In this document: in pieces, positions 28,939-38,100 of the stretch
How the letters are laid out: every line of letters begins with the position of its first letter
How positions within the stretch are numbered: the first letter of the stretch is position 1
From: Candidatus Doudnabacteria bacterium
GTDB lineage: Bacteria > Patescibacteriota > Doudnabacteria > UBA920 > O2-02-FULL-48-8
DNA length: 64,000 nucleotides
Direction: 5' to 3'
NCBI GenBank assembly: GCA_016182875.1
Contig: JACPFQ010000004.1
Span: 259,515 to 323,514 of the forward strand
Notes under the pieces: model-generated
Told to the model about the DNA's origin: nothing
The model's database searches: none
Seen by the model: the letters and a program-made list of their open reading frames with translations, nothing else
Position numbers and translations under genes: made by a program

Positions 28939-29012
28939 TCCCTTCCCCGGGCGCTTCCCAGCGCGCCCAAGTACTTATACAAAAACCAACTTTATTAGCA
29001 AGGGGGGCTCCA

Positions 29013-29204
29013 ATGGAGCACGAAGCGCCTGACCTCTTGGTCGTCTTGAGGGTCTGCGCACCGATCGGCGTCGCCTTCGGCATTTATGGCATCATCAGCA
29101 ACTTGCCAATGATGCGAGAAGTGGCGACGATCTGTTTGCTCATATCGCTTGCGGTGTGGGCAGGGCCAATCGTGCGACGCATCAAGCGGAGGGGGGTGGG
29201 CTAG
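29013..29204 (+). CDS. Small 2-TM protein
   Basis: AGGGGGG RBS; MEHEAPDLLVVL... Confidence 0.6.
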   Translation: MEHEAPDLLVVLRVCAPIGVAFGIYGIISNLPMMREVATICLLISLAVWAGPIVRRIKRRGVG

Positions 29205-29393
29205 TACGGCCATTCCTCCTCCGGAAGTTTTCTTTAGATATCTGCCGGCGAATCTGACAAATTTTCTTTGAAGATTTATCAGATCTCCTGTTCGCCGGCA
29301 GATACTTGAAGAAAACCAAGCGCCTTTGACGAGGCGCTCTTTTTATGCTAAAGTTTTCAGGCAACTATCAACTATTAACTATAACCTAATTCG

Positions 29394-29591
29394 ATGGCTG
29401 TACCAAAAAAGCATAAAACTAGATCGGGCCGCAATCAACGGCGGGCTCATGACTTTTTGATTAAGACCAACTTGGCAGTTTGCAGCAACTGCAAATACCC
29501 CGTGATGCCGCATGAGGTTTGCCAGAACTGCGGATACTACAAAGGACGGCAGGTTTTGAGGATCAAGGCAAAAACTAAGGCATCGAAATAA
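29394..29591 (+). CDS. rpmF: 50S ribosomal protein L32
   Basis: MAVPKK....R..RR.H, CxxC...H.VC.NCGYYKG. Confidence 0.97.
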   Translation: MAVPKKHKTRSGRNQRRAHDFLIKTNLAVCSNCKYPVMPHEVCQNCGYYKGRQVLRIKAKTKASK

Positions 29592-29682
29592 TTTTAAATT
29601 TCGAGTTTTGAATTTCGAGTGAATTTTAGAATTTATAATAATTCGAAATTGAATCAAAATTCAAAATTATGAATTCATAATT

Positions 29683-30138
29683 ATGGCTAATAGGCACCTT
29701 TCCAGAACAATTGCGATGCAGTCGCTGTATGAGTGGGATTTCAACGACCGAGCCAAACCGCTTTCGGACATCACGCAGTACAATGTAAAGCAGTTCGCCC
29801 CGGGCCTCGATGATCCCGCTTTTATTTTTAATTTGATTAAGGGAGTGGAAGAGCATATGGCCGACATCGACAAGATAATCCAAGAGACCGCTCCCGAATG
29901 GCCGCTCGACCAGATCACGGTCGTGGACAGAAATATTCTCCGCCTGGGCATTTATGAATTGCTGTTCGCCCATGAAGTCCCGCCCAAGGTGGCGATCAAT
30001 GAAGCGGTGGAACTCGGCAAGGCGTTTGGCGGCGAGTCATCCGGTAAGTTTATCAACGGAGTACTGGGAACTTTATATAAGAATCTTCCGCAAGCGGAGC
30101 AAGACAAAGAAAAACCGGAAGATAGCGAAAAAGTTTGA
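29683..30138 (+). CDS. nusB: Transcription antitermination factor NusB
   Basis: [33 protein letters not shown]. Confidence 0.97.
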   Translation: MANRHLSRTIAMQSLYEWDFNDRAKPLSDITQYNVKQFAPGLDDPAFIFNLIKGVEEHMADIDKIIQETAPEWPLDQITVVDRNILRLGIYELLFAHEVPPKVAINEAVELGKAFGGESSGKFINGVLGTLYKNLPQAEQDKEKPEDSEKV

Positions 30139-30281
30139 CCAGGTACTAGAAATTTGACTTAATTTTTCGACCACTTAAGATTTTGGCCTGCTCCTGGTCG
30201 AAAAATTATAGCGCGATATGTTTTTGATTGAGGATTCTTTGCATGAAAAACGTATCGCGGGTCAAAATTTCAGTACCTGGT
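30138..30281. repeat. MITE-like structured element, copy 2
   Basis: Aligns with 1563-1705, with compensatory changes in the first internal stem. Confidence 0.85.
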
Positions 30282-30362
30282 TGACTGCTGTTTGCTCCCG
30301 TTATACAATAAAATAAATTAATAAGGCTTAACCGCGAGAGTTATTTCTCGCGGTTTAAATTT

Positions 30363-32525
30363 ATGAAAACAAAAATAGGTTTGATAGGTGCGATAAGTTT
30401 GGTAGGTCTGATAGGTCTGATGGGTCCAGTAAGTCGGGTTGAGGCTTCGTCCATGACTCATCTAGTCATAAATCAAATCCAAGTCGAAGGCGACGGCGGG
30501 AGCAATGACGAATTCATAGAAATTTACAACCCAACCGGTTCATCTGTTTCTCTGAACGGCTGGTCTTTGCAGTATAAATCTTCAAGCGGCAACTTTCCGC
30601 TGACTTCGGGAAAGAAAAATTTGCCGGATGCCATCGTAAACCCGGGCGGATATTTTCTTGTCGCGCACACTTCATATAATGGTTTAGTTGCGGCCGATCA
30701 TACTCACTCAAGTTTCACGTTGTCCGGCTCAAGCAGCGGCGCGACGATTTTTCTAGTCAACAGCACCAGTTTTCTTGTTTCGGGCAGTGATTCTTCGATT
30801 GTCGACAAACTTGGTTACGGCAGTTCTTCCAGCAACTCTCCGGAAGGAACCGCCGCTTCCGTACCGGCGTCAGAACAAGCGCTTATCAGGGGTACAGACA
30901 CCGACAATAACGCTTCAGATTTTACTATTGTGGCTTCCAATCCGCGAAATTCCGCCACTGATTCGCCAACTCCAAGTCCATCTCCAGCTCCAAGTCCGTC
31001 ACCGACACCAAGCCCCACCTCCACTCCCCAAGCTTATTCGGTATCAGTCAAAATTTCGGAATTTATGCCAAACCCGGAGGGCACAGATAGCGGCGAGGAG
31101 TGGGTTGAGCTTTATAACGATTCTGTTTCTTATGTTGAACTCAAAGGCTGGAAGCTGGATGATTCTTCACCGGATGGCAAGATCGGAACCTCTGCTGTTT
31201 TGCTTTCGGAATACACCATACCGCCGAAAGAATATCTAGTAATAAGTTTGGACGAAAGCGCTTTTGCTTTGAACAACAGCACTGATTCCGTGCGTCTGAT
31301 TTGGCCGGATGGGCAAGTGGCCGACGAGGTCAGCTACGAAGAAGCAAAAGAGGAAGAGTCGTACGCCAAACAGCCGGATAACATTTTTGCCTGGACCAGC
31401 AAAGTTACCAGAGGAGCGGTGAATCAATTCAGCCAGGCAACAAGTCCGTTAGGAGCGAGCAATCCCGCTGATTTTGGGATTAAAATCAATGAGATATTTC
31501 CCAATCCCGAAGGCGCTGATTCCGGCAAGGAATGGGTCGAAATAAAAAATCAGGGCGATGCCGCAGTTTCTTTGGATGGCTGGATTATCGATGATGGCAA
31601 GGTCGAGGATAAAATTGGCGCAAGCGCTTATACGATCAGTGGCGTAACGCTTAATCCTGGTCAAGTCGTGCAGATTATTCTTCCTTCTGGCTCGTTTGCC
31701 CTCAATAATAGCGGCAAAGAAACTGTAAGGATTTTCAATTCTTTTAAAACATTGATTAACAGCGTCGACTATGAGAATGCCGAGGAAGATTTGAGTTTTG
31801 GGTATAACAATGATACCTGGTCCTGGATGAAGCCAACGCCAAATCAGGCCAATATCGAAGCTTCTGAGGTTGAGCAGAAAGAAAAAGCCCAAATATTTAT
31901 TAACGAAGTTTTTCCAGAGCCCGAAAAAGGGGTTGAAGAGTTCGTGGAGCTTGTAAATTTGGGTAATGCGGCGGTGAATCTTTCCGGCTGGACTATTGCC
32001 GATAATGTTTCTGAGCATAAGCTTGCAGACCTAATAATTGAATCGGGACAACTGCTCGTCATCAGTAAAAGCCAAAGCAAGCTGTCGTTTAATAATTACG
32101 GGCAGGAAGTAGTCAGAATAAGCGACGAGCAAGGGGAAGTTATTGACGAGGTCGAATATGAAGATGCGCCAAAAAATCAGTCATATAATCTTATTGAGGG
32201 AAGTTTTGTTTGGTCGGAATTGGTGACACCAGGAAAAGCCAATCGCGTCAAGGTTCAAGAACAGCCGGAGGTGGTGCAGGCTGTTGAAGAAACCCCGGAA
32301 GAAGTTTTGGGACCGGAAATTTTGGAGTTGTCTGAAGTTGCAAACGAGGAGTTGCCGATTGCTACTATCTCTGAAGCTTCAGATTCAGGCAAAGTGGCCG
32401 GCGCTTCCGTTTCCGCTCCCAAGACCGATGTTAGCAAAAAATTCGGCGGCGGTTCTTTGTGGTTTTTGGCGGGCTTTGCCGCGGGCATATTTATTTGTTA
32501 TATTTATCTAAGGAAATTCACCTAA
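30363..32525 (+). CDS. Secreted, membrane-anchored protein with four lamin-tail domains
   Basis: Four repeats of I[NS]E..P.P....E[WF]VE..N....V.L.GW; signal peptide, PS/PT linker, C-terminal TM helix. Confidence 0.88.
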   Translation: MKTKIGLIGAISLVGLIGLMGPVSRVEASSMTHLVINQIQVEGDGGSNDEFIEIYNPTGSSVSLNGWSLQYKSSSGNFPLTSGKKNLPDAIVNPGGYFLVAHTSYNGLVAADHTHSSFTLSGSSSGATIFLVNSTSFLVSGSDSSIVDKLGYGSSSSNSPEGTAASVPASEQALIRGTDTDNNASDFTIVASNPRNSATDSPTPSPSPAPSPSPTPSPTSTPQAYSVSVKISEFMPNPEGTDSGEEWVELYNDSVSYVELKGWKLDDSSPDGKIGTSAVLLSEYTIPPKEYLVISLDESAFALNNSTDSVRLIWPDGQVADEVSYEEAKEEESYAKQPDNIFAWTSKVTRGAVNQFSQATSPLGASNPADFGIKINEIFPNPEGADSGKEWVEIKNQGDAAVSLDGWIIDDGKVEDKIGASAYTISGVTLNPGQVVQIILPSGSFALNNSGKETVRIFNSFKTLINSVDYENAEEDLSFGYNNDTWSWMKPTPNQANIEASEVEQKEKAQIFINEVFPEPEKGVEEFVELVNLGNAAVNLSGWTIADNVSEHKLADLIIESGQLLVISKSQSKLSFNNYGQEVVRISDEQGEVIDEVEYEDAPKNQSYNLIEGSFVWSELVTPGKANRVKVQEQPEVVQAVEETPEEVLGPEILELSEVANEELPIATISEASDSGKVAGASVSAPKTDVSKKFGGGSLWFLAGFAAGIFICYIYLRKFT

Positions 32526-32531
32526 ACAATT

Positions 32532-32807
32532 ATGAACAAACAAGATCTTGTCGATACTTTGGCAAATAAAATCGGCGTGGCGAAATCCGACGCGGAAAAA
32601 ATGTTGGAGGGTTTAGTGGAAGTAATCACCCAAACTCTCAAAAGCGGCCAAGAAGTCAGCATTTCCGGGTTCGGCTCATTCGTGGTCAAAGAACGCTCGG
32701 CCAGAATGGGAGTCAATCCGCAGAATCCTGAGCAGAAAATTCAAATTGCGGCTACCAGGGTCCCCAAGTTCCGCGCCGGCAAAAACCTCAAGGATGCCGT
32801 GAGATAG
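32532..32807 (+). CDS. hup: DNA-binding protein HU
   Basis: MNKQDL, GFGSF....R.AR.G.NPQ, PKFRAGK.LK. Confidence 0.97.
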   Translation: MNKQDLVDTLANKIGVAKSDAEKMLEGLVEVITQTLKSGQEVSISGFGSFVVKERSARMGVNPQNPEQKIQIAATRVPKFRAGKNLKDAVR

Positions 32808-32898
32808 CCCCGCGAAAGCGGGGATTTATTTTATCGCCTTGACCAATAGACGGGAGCTTTGCTAATATCTAGAGTTCCTTATTATTAAAGGAAAGTCT

Positions 32899-33354
32899 AT
32901 GAGCAAAGCCAAATTTGTAGTGTTTAGCCTGGCTTTCATGCTGGTGTTCGGCATGTGGGGGCATGCCTCTGCGGCCGTCGTGATTATGCCGGGGGACCTT
33001 GTCAAAACACAAAACAGTTCAGTGGTCTTCTACATGGACGATGCCAAACAAAATCTACCGCTGGATGCTTCTGGGTTTGCCATCAGATATGGAAGCGACT
33101 TCAGTAAAATAAAAATTGTGGCTGAGTCTGACATTAAACCTTACACCGGGCACAATTTTTTGAACCGGATGCTGTCGGTGCCGGAAGGAAGCCTGATAAT
33201 GTATTATCCGGACCCAACTGTGTATCTGGTCAAGAATGGCATGAAGCAGCCGTTCACCTCCTGGCAGGCGTTTACCAGCAGGGGATATAAGTCGTCTGAC
33301 ATCAAGCTTGTCGGCACGTATCACGTTTACGCCACCGGCCCAAATTTGAACTAA
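32899..33354 (+). CDS. Secreted protein with two CPR-type surface repeats
   Basis: Signal peptide; G.L[VI]......V[FY].......K.PF....F...GY repeat shared with the larger surface proteins. Confidence 0.7.
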   Translation: MSKAKFVVFSLAFMLVFGMWGHASAAVVIMPGDLVKTQNSSVVFYMDDAKQNLPLDASGFAIRYGSDFSKIKIVAESDIKPYTGHNFLNRMLSVPEGSLIMYYPDPTVYLVKNGMKQPFTSWQAFTSRGYKSSDIKLVGTYHVYATGPNLN

Positions 33355-33523
33355 GTAAAAAACCGCCGGCAACCCGGCGGTTTAAGTTTGTCTAATTTTT
33401 GGTGTAATTACGCTATTTGTTAGACACAAGGCATTCGGTACCTAAAATAGCCATGGCTAATATAGGTACCAGTCGTGTTGTTTTGCCTTCTAATCATATT
33501 ATTAATTCTCTAGCAAATTTTAC

Positions 33524-33819
33524 TGGTCGGGGTGCTGGGAATTGCCGCCTCACTTCGTGAGGCGAGCCACGCCCATCTTCGATGGGCGGGAACCCGTCTA
33601 TCCCGCACCAAAAGCTTCGCTTTGGTATGGGGCATGCCTGCTCTTCAGCCTGAAATTTTTGGTCGGGGAGCCGGGAATCGAACCCGGTCTATCTGCTCCC
33701 AAAGCAGACGTACTACCGGTATACTACTCCCCGGAAAAATTTCAGGCTGCCTACCAGGCGTATTTACCCCGTAGTGAACCGAAGGTTCTACTACGGGGCT
33801 ACCGGTATACGACACCCCG
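33524..33819 (-). pseudogene. tRNA-Pro-like gene with multiple insertions, enclosing an intact tRNA-Pro
   Basis: 5' CGGGGTGTCGTATACCGGTAG..TACG and 3' TAGAC.GGGTTC..AATTCCCAGCACCCCGACCA align to the inner tRNA; the acceptor stem CGGGGTG/CACCCCG is intact. Confidence 0.75.
33660..33733 (-). tRNA. tRNA-Pro(UGG)
   Basis: CGGGGAG...TCTGC-TTTGGGA-GCAGA...GGTTCGATTCC...CTCCCCG-ACCA cloverleaf. Confidence 0.96.
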
Positions 33820-33897
33820 CCTTCGCTAAAGCTTCGGCGGGCAAGCCCGTTAGATGTCACAAAAGCCTACGCAATATTATATGTTATACTGGCACTT

Positions 33898-34500
33898 ATG
33901 AAAAGAGTTTGGGAATTTTATAGAGACCTGCTTTGGCAGAATAGGGGAGTGCTGCGGAAGGTGATAATTTTATTTCTCGTATCAATTGCCGCGGGAGCGG
34001 TGCTTTTTTTCTATGACCAAACACTGCTTGATAAAATTGTTGCTATGTTCGAAGAAAAATTCGGAGCGGATAGAGCGCTTGACCTAAGTTTGGCCATAGA
34101 TATTTTCAGGCAAAATCTTATAGCCTCGCTTATAGCGCTAATCGGCGGAGTCATTTTGGGTATTACTCCGGTACTGCTGGTGGGCCTCAACGGACTCCTT
34201 TTGGGCTATGTAGTGACTTCGATATTTGTTTTGATGCCGGGAAGTATAATGGATAGCCTTACTTTTGCATCTAAAGGACTTCTGCCCCATGCGATATTTG
34301 AGGTTCCAGAATTTCTGATTGTTTCCGCGTTCGGTTTAGTACTCGGTACGCGCTGGCTTAAGAGAGAATCAGCTGGGAAGCGAAAACAGGTTTTGAAAGA
34401 AGATTTTATAAAGGCGTTAAAAATTGTGCCGTTAGCTATTATTTTGCTTATAGCGGCAGCCTTGGCAGAAGTTTTTGTTTCGGGAAATTTAATAAAATAA
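33898..34500 (+). CDS. SpoIIM / DUF95 family membrane protein
   Basis: IF..N, NG.LLG, LPH.IFE.P, AA..E. Confidence 0.85.
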   Translation: MKRVWEFYRDLLWQNRGVLRKVIILFLVSIAAGAVLFFYDQTLLDKIVAMFEEKFGADRALDLSLAIDIFRQNLIASLIALIGGVILGITPVLLVGLNGLLLGYVVTSIFVLMPGSIMDSLTFASKGLLPHAIFEVPEFLIVSAFGLVLGTRWLKRESAGKRKQVLKEDFIKALKIVPLAIILLIAAALAEVFVSGNLIK

Positions 34501-34562
34501 AGGTTTTGTTGATAAAATGTGAATAAGTTAATTTTATCTATCTTTGCCTATCAATAACCTTG

Positions 34563-34670
34563 TGGAGCGGGATGCGGGAATCGCCCGGTCATTCGATCCG
34601 GTCATGCGACCGGACTGCTTGACCCCGTCGAATGACGGGGCCGGGCGTCAGGTCGGATGACCTGACGAAC
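34563..34670 (-). pseudogene. 3' fragment of a tRNA-Gly with a multi-hairpin insertion in the T-loop
   Basis: Minus strand GTTCG[insert]CGATTCCCGCATCCCGCTCCA. Confidence 0.6.
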
Positions 34671-34679
34671 AGCACTTCT

Positions 34680-34753
34680 TGGAGCGAGCAGGGGGAATCG
34701 AACCCCCGGCATCAGGTTGGAAACCTGAGGTATTGCCACTATACGATACTCGC
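34680..34753 (-). tRNA. tRNA-Gly(UCC)
   Basis: GCGAGTA...TCAGG-TTTCCAA-CCTGA...GGTTCGATTCC...TGCTCGC-TCCA. Confidence 0.96.
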
Positions 34754-35107
34754 ATTAAAAGCCTAAAGCACAAGATATACTAGCAAAATACCTAGCCTTT
34801 TTCAATCCCGCACCAGATACTGGTGCGGGATTGCTTGACATTTTGGGGTTGTTTTCTTTATAATGTAGAAACGTTTGTTTGTAACTATTACAGGCAAACG
34901 TGCGTCTTAGCTTATGGAATATGGAATCTTAAAGCGGACACTGTGTCCGGTCATTCGACCGGATTGGTCGGTCTTTGTCTTAACAACTGATTTCAATTCC
35001 ATACAAATTAAAGAATGTTTATAGGTCGTCTTTCCAATATTTGATTGATTGTCTCATATGAACAATTAATCCTAATTCAGGAAAGCACTTATAAACAGGA
35101 GATAATA

Positions 35108-38100
35108 ATGCACACTAGCGAATTAACTCTCACTGCGCGAAAAGGCATTGCACTGGGTTTGGCTGTTTCCACTTTGCTGTGGGCCGCCACTCTTTGGGCA
35201 CTGCCTGCTTTTGTTTCCGCAGCACCCCACTCTGATGGTTGCTTGATCAACTCATCCGGCACCATTTATCTGGTCACTGGCGGTCAAAAGAGAGGTTTCC
35301 CGACCGCTGAAGTTTTTGCCTCACACGGCTACAGCTTCAGCCAAGTCGTGGCTGCCTCATCCGAAGACACTCAAGCCATGGGTCCGGTAATGGTTTACGC
35401 CGATGGGACATTGGTCAAGGGCCCGTCTGACCCTCTGGTCTACTTGGTAGCCAACGGTCAAAAGAGAGGCTTTGTGTCTGGCTCGGTCTTTACCGGTCTT
35501 GGCTTTAGCTTTGCCAGTATCGTGACTGCCGCCACCAACACTTTTGCCGATCTGCCAATGGGCGCCAACCTCGAGTCCGCTACCGAGCGCCACACAGCTG
35601 GCGTCTTGGCCAAGGATTCAACCGGCACTGTTTGGCAAATGACTGCCACCGGCCGAAAAGGCGTTCCTTCCATGGAAGTCTTTAACTCCTATGGCTGGTC
35701 ATGGTCCAATGTGGTTGCTGCCAACGCTGCTGACACTGCCGCTGCGAATGAAGGCGTAGTTGCCGCCCGAGCATCCTGCTCAACCGGCGCCACACCTCCT
35801 CCTCCGCCAGCAGGCACTATGTCAGTCAGCCTTGCTTCCAACAACCCTGTTGCCGGCACAGTAATTGCCGGCCAAGGTGTGGCAGATCTTGCTCACTTTA
35901 GCTTCTCAGGCTCTGGTAAAGTAACCAGCGTTGTCTTGAAGCGATTGGGTGTATCATCCGACACCACCTTGTCTGCAGTTTATCTGTATGACGGTTATGT
36001 CCGATTGACTGATTCTGCCACCGTTTCTTCTGGCACCATCACTTTCAACAACACCGCGGGACTCTTCACCGTGGCAGGTTCCAGAACAGTCACAGTGCGC
36101 TCCAACATCGCGGCCAGTACATCCGGCCAGACTGTGGGCGTGCAATTGTTCTCAGCCGCGGCTGACGTCGGCACCGTGTCAGGCTCTCCGCTTTCCGGAA
36201 ACATGCACACTGTGGCTGCCGCTCCAAGCAACTTCGCGACTGTTGACTTTAATGCCACTACCACTCCGTCCAATGCCACAATCTCACCGCAAGATGATTA
36301 CACCATGTGGCAGAACGTGGTCACGGTGGGCAATACCAAAGTCAGATTGTATGCGTTCAAACTGCGACAAGTTGGTTCAGTCGTAGCTTCAGATCTTCAG
36401 AACTTTGATCTGTTTGTTGACGGCACCAAGGTCGCCTCAGTTGCGGCTTTGGATTCCGAAGGCTATGCCAACTTCGATCTTTCAGCCGCTCCGGTCACAC
36501 TAGAAACCGGCTCTAGAACGATCAAGATGTTGGGCGACATAATTGGCGGTTCCAACCGCAACTTCGCCTTCAGCTTGCGCCAAGCGGTTGATGGCTTCTT
36601 CGTGGATAACGACTTCAACCAGGGAGTCCTTCCGACCGCTGCCAGCGCCACTTTCTCGGCGCGCGGCAACACCGATGATAACTTGCAGACGATTAGCACT
36701 GGCACCATCACCTTCACCAAGCGGGCTGATTCCCCGTCCGGCAACGTCGTGAATGCCGCCTCCAATGTTTTGCTGGCGAAATTCGACGTCAAGGCTGCGG
36801 GTGAATCCATGAAGGTGGAAACCCTTCGCGTGCGAATTGATGATGACGACGGCGACGAGATGACCCTGCGCAACGGCGCTTTGTATCTCGACGGCGCTCA
36901 GATCGGCTCCACAGCCGCCATTTCCGGCGACACCGGCACCGACCCTGACTACACCGAATACACCTTCGGCTCATCGTTCATCGTGGTCCCCGGCACCCCG
37001 CGCGTGCTCGAAGTCAAAGCAGATATCTTTGACAATGACGGCACCAACAGCGTGGCTGCCAGCGACACTTACCAGGTGGAAATCATTGGTTCGGCCAACG
37101 TCCAAAGATTGACTTCATTGGGCTACGTTTCCGCTCCTTCGACCGCAGCCGAGGCCAACACCTTGACTGTGGCCACGGGTTCGCTGACCGCTGCTCTTGA
37201 TACTTCACTCGCTAATCACACGATTGTGGCTCCTAAGTATGGCTACATGATTGGCAAGTACACGATCCAGCAAACGACCACCGAAGGCGCCAACATCACC
37301 AGCGTTGTCGTTGACTTCGACGAAAAAGCTGATGCCTTTGATGGCTCAGACGACTTAACCAACCTCTACATTAAGATGGGCTCTTACACCTCGCCCATCA
37401 AGGCGACAGTCACGGATACGGGCAATACGTTCTCAACCAATGTCGCGATTGCTGCCGGCCAGGTCATGGCTCTGGAGGTTTACGCCGATGTTGCTGCTTC
37501 CGCCACCAATGGTGACGGCACAGCCGACACGATTGAAAGCTCGGTAACCGTGGCTTCCACCACTACACAATCCAGCACCTCTGCCACTGCCGACGAAGTT
37601 GATGGCCAGACCATCACAGCCGGCGCCGGCACGTTTGCCACTGCCGTGGCTCCTGACACACCAGTCAATAGGATCACTTATGGCAACCAGGAAGTGGAAG
37701 CGGCCCGATTCAAGATCACTGCCACCAATGAGACCTACACTCTGCGCCAGTGGAACATGAAGGTTGGCGCATCGCCAATCTCATCCGCTATCGTGGAAGC
37801 CAGGCTCTACTATGGCTCGACCTTGCTCGGCTCCGCTCCATTCTCTGTCACCAGCAACACAATTGCTCAAATTACTGGGCTTGAGTCTAAGGCTGAAGCC
37901 GTGGTTGCGGCCAATACCAGCAGGACCTTCTCGGTCAAGCTGCTGCTCAACCAAATCGGCGGAAACTATGGCACTTCCCAGCAAAACGTGGCTGTCACTT
38001 CGGATGCTTTGATCATCCAGGACAGCCAGGGAGTCCAAGATTCCACCTCATCCGCAGTCACCACTGACCGCGTGGGCAATGAATTGTACGTCTATAAGGG

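Noticed and set aside
23340-29320. Prophage remnant
   Set aside because: No phage structural, replication or integrase genes were recognised, and the regular repeat-ORF periodicity is not explained by phage decay. A phage origin for individual ORFs remains possible.
34803-34832. 5' half of an outer tRNA-Gly enclosing tRNA-Gly(UCC)
   Set aside because: GCGGGAT is part of a short perfect palindrome and is followed by promoter-like sequence, not a D-arm.
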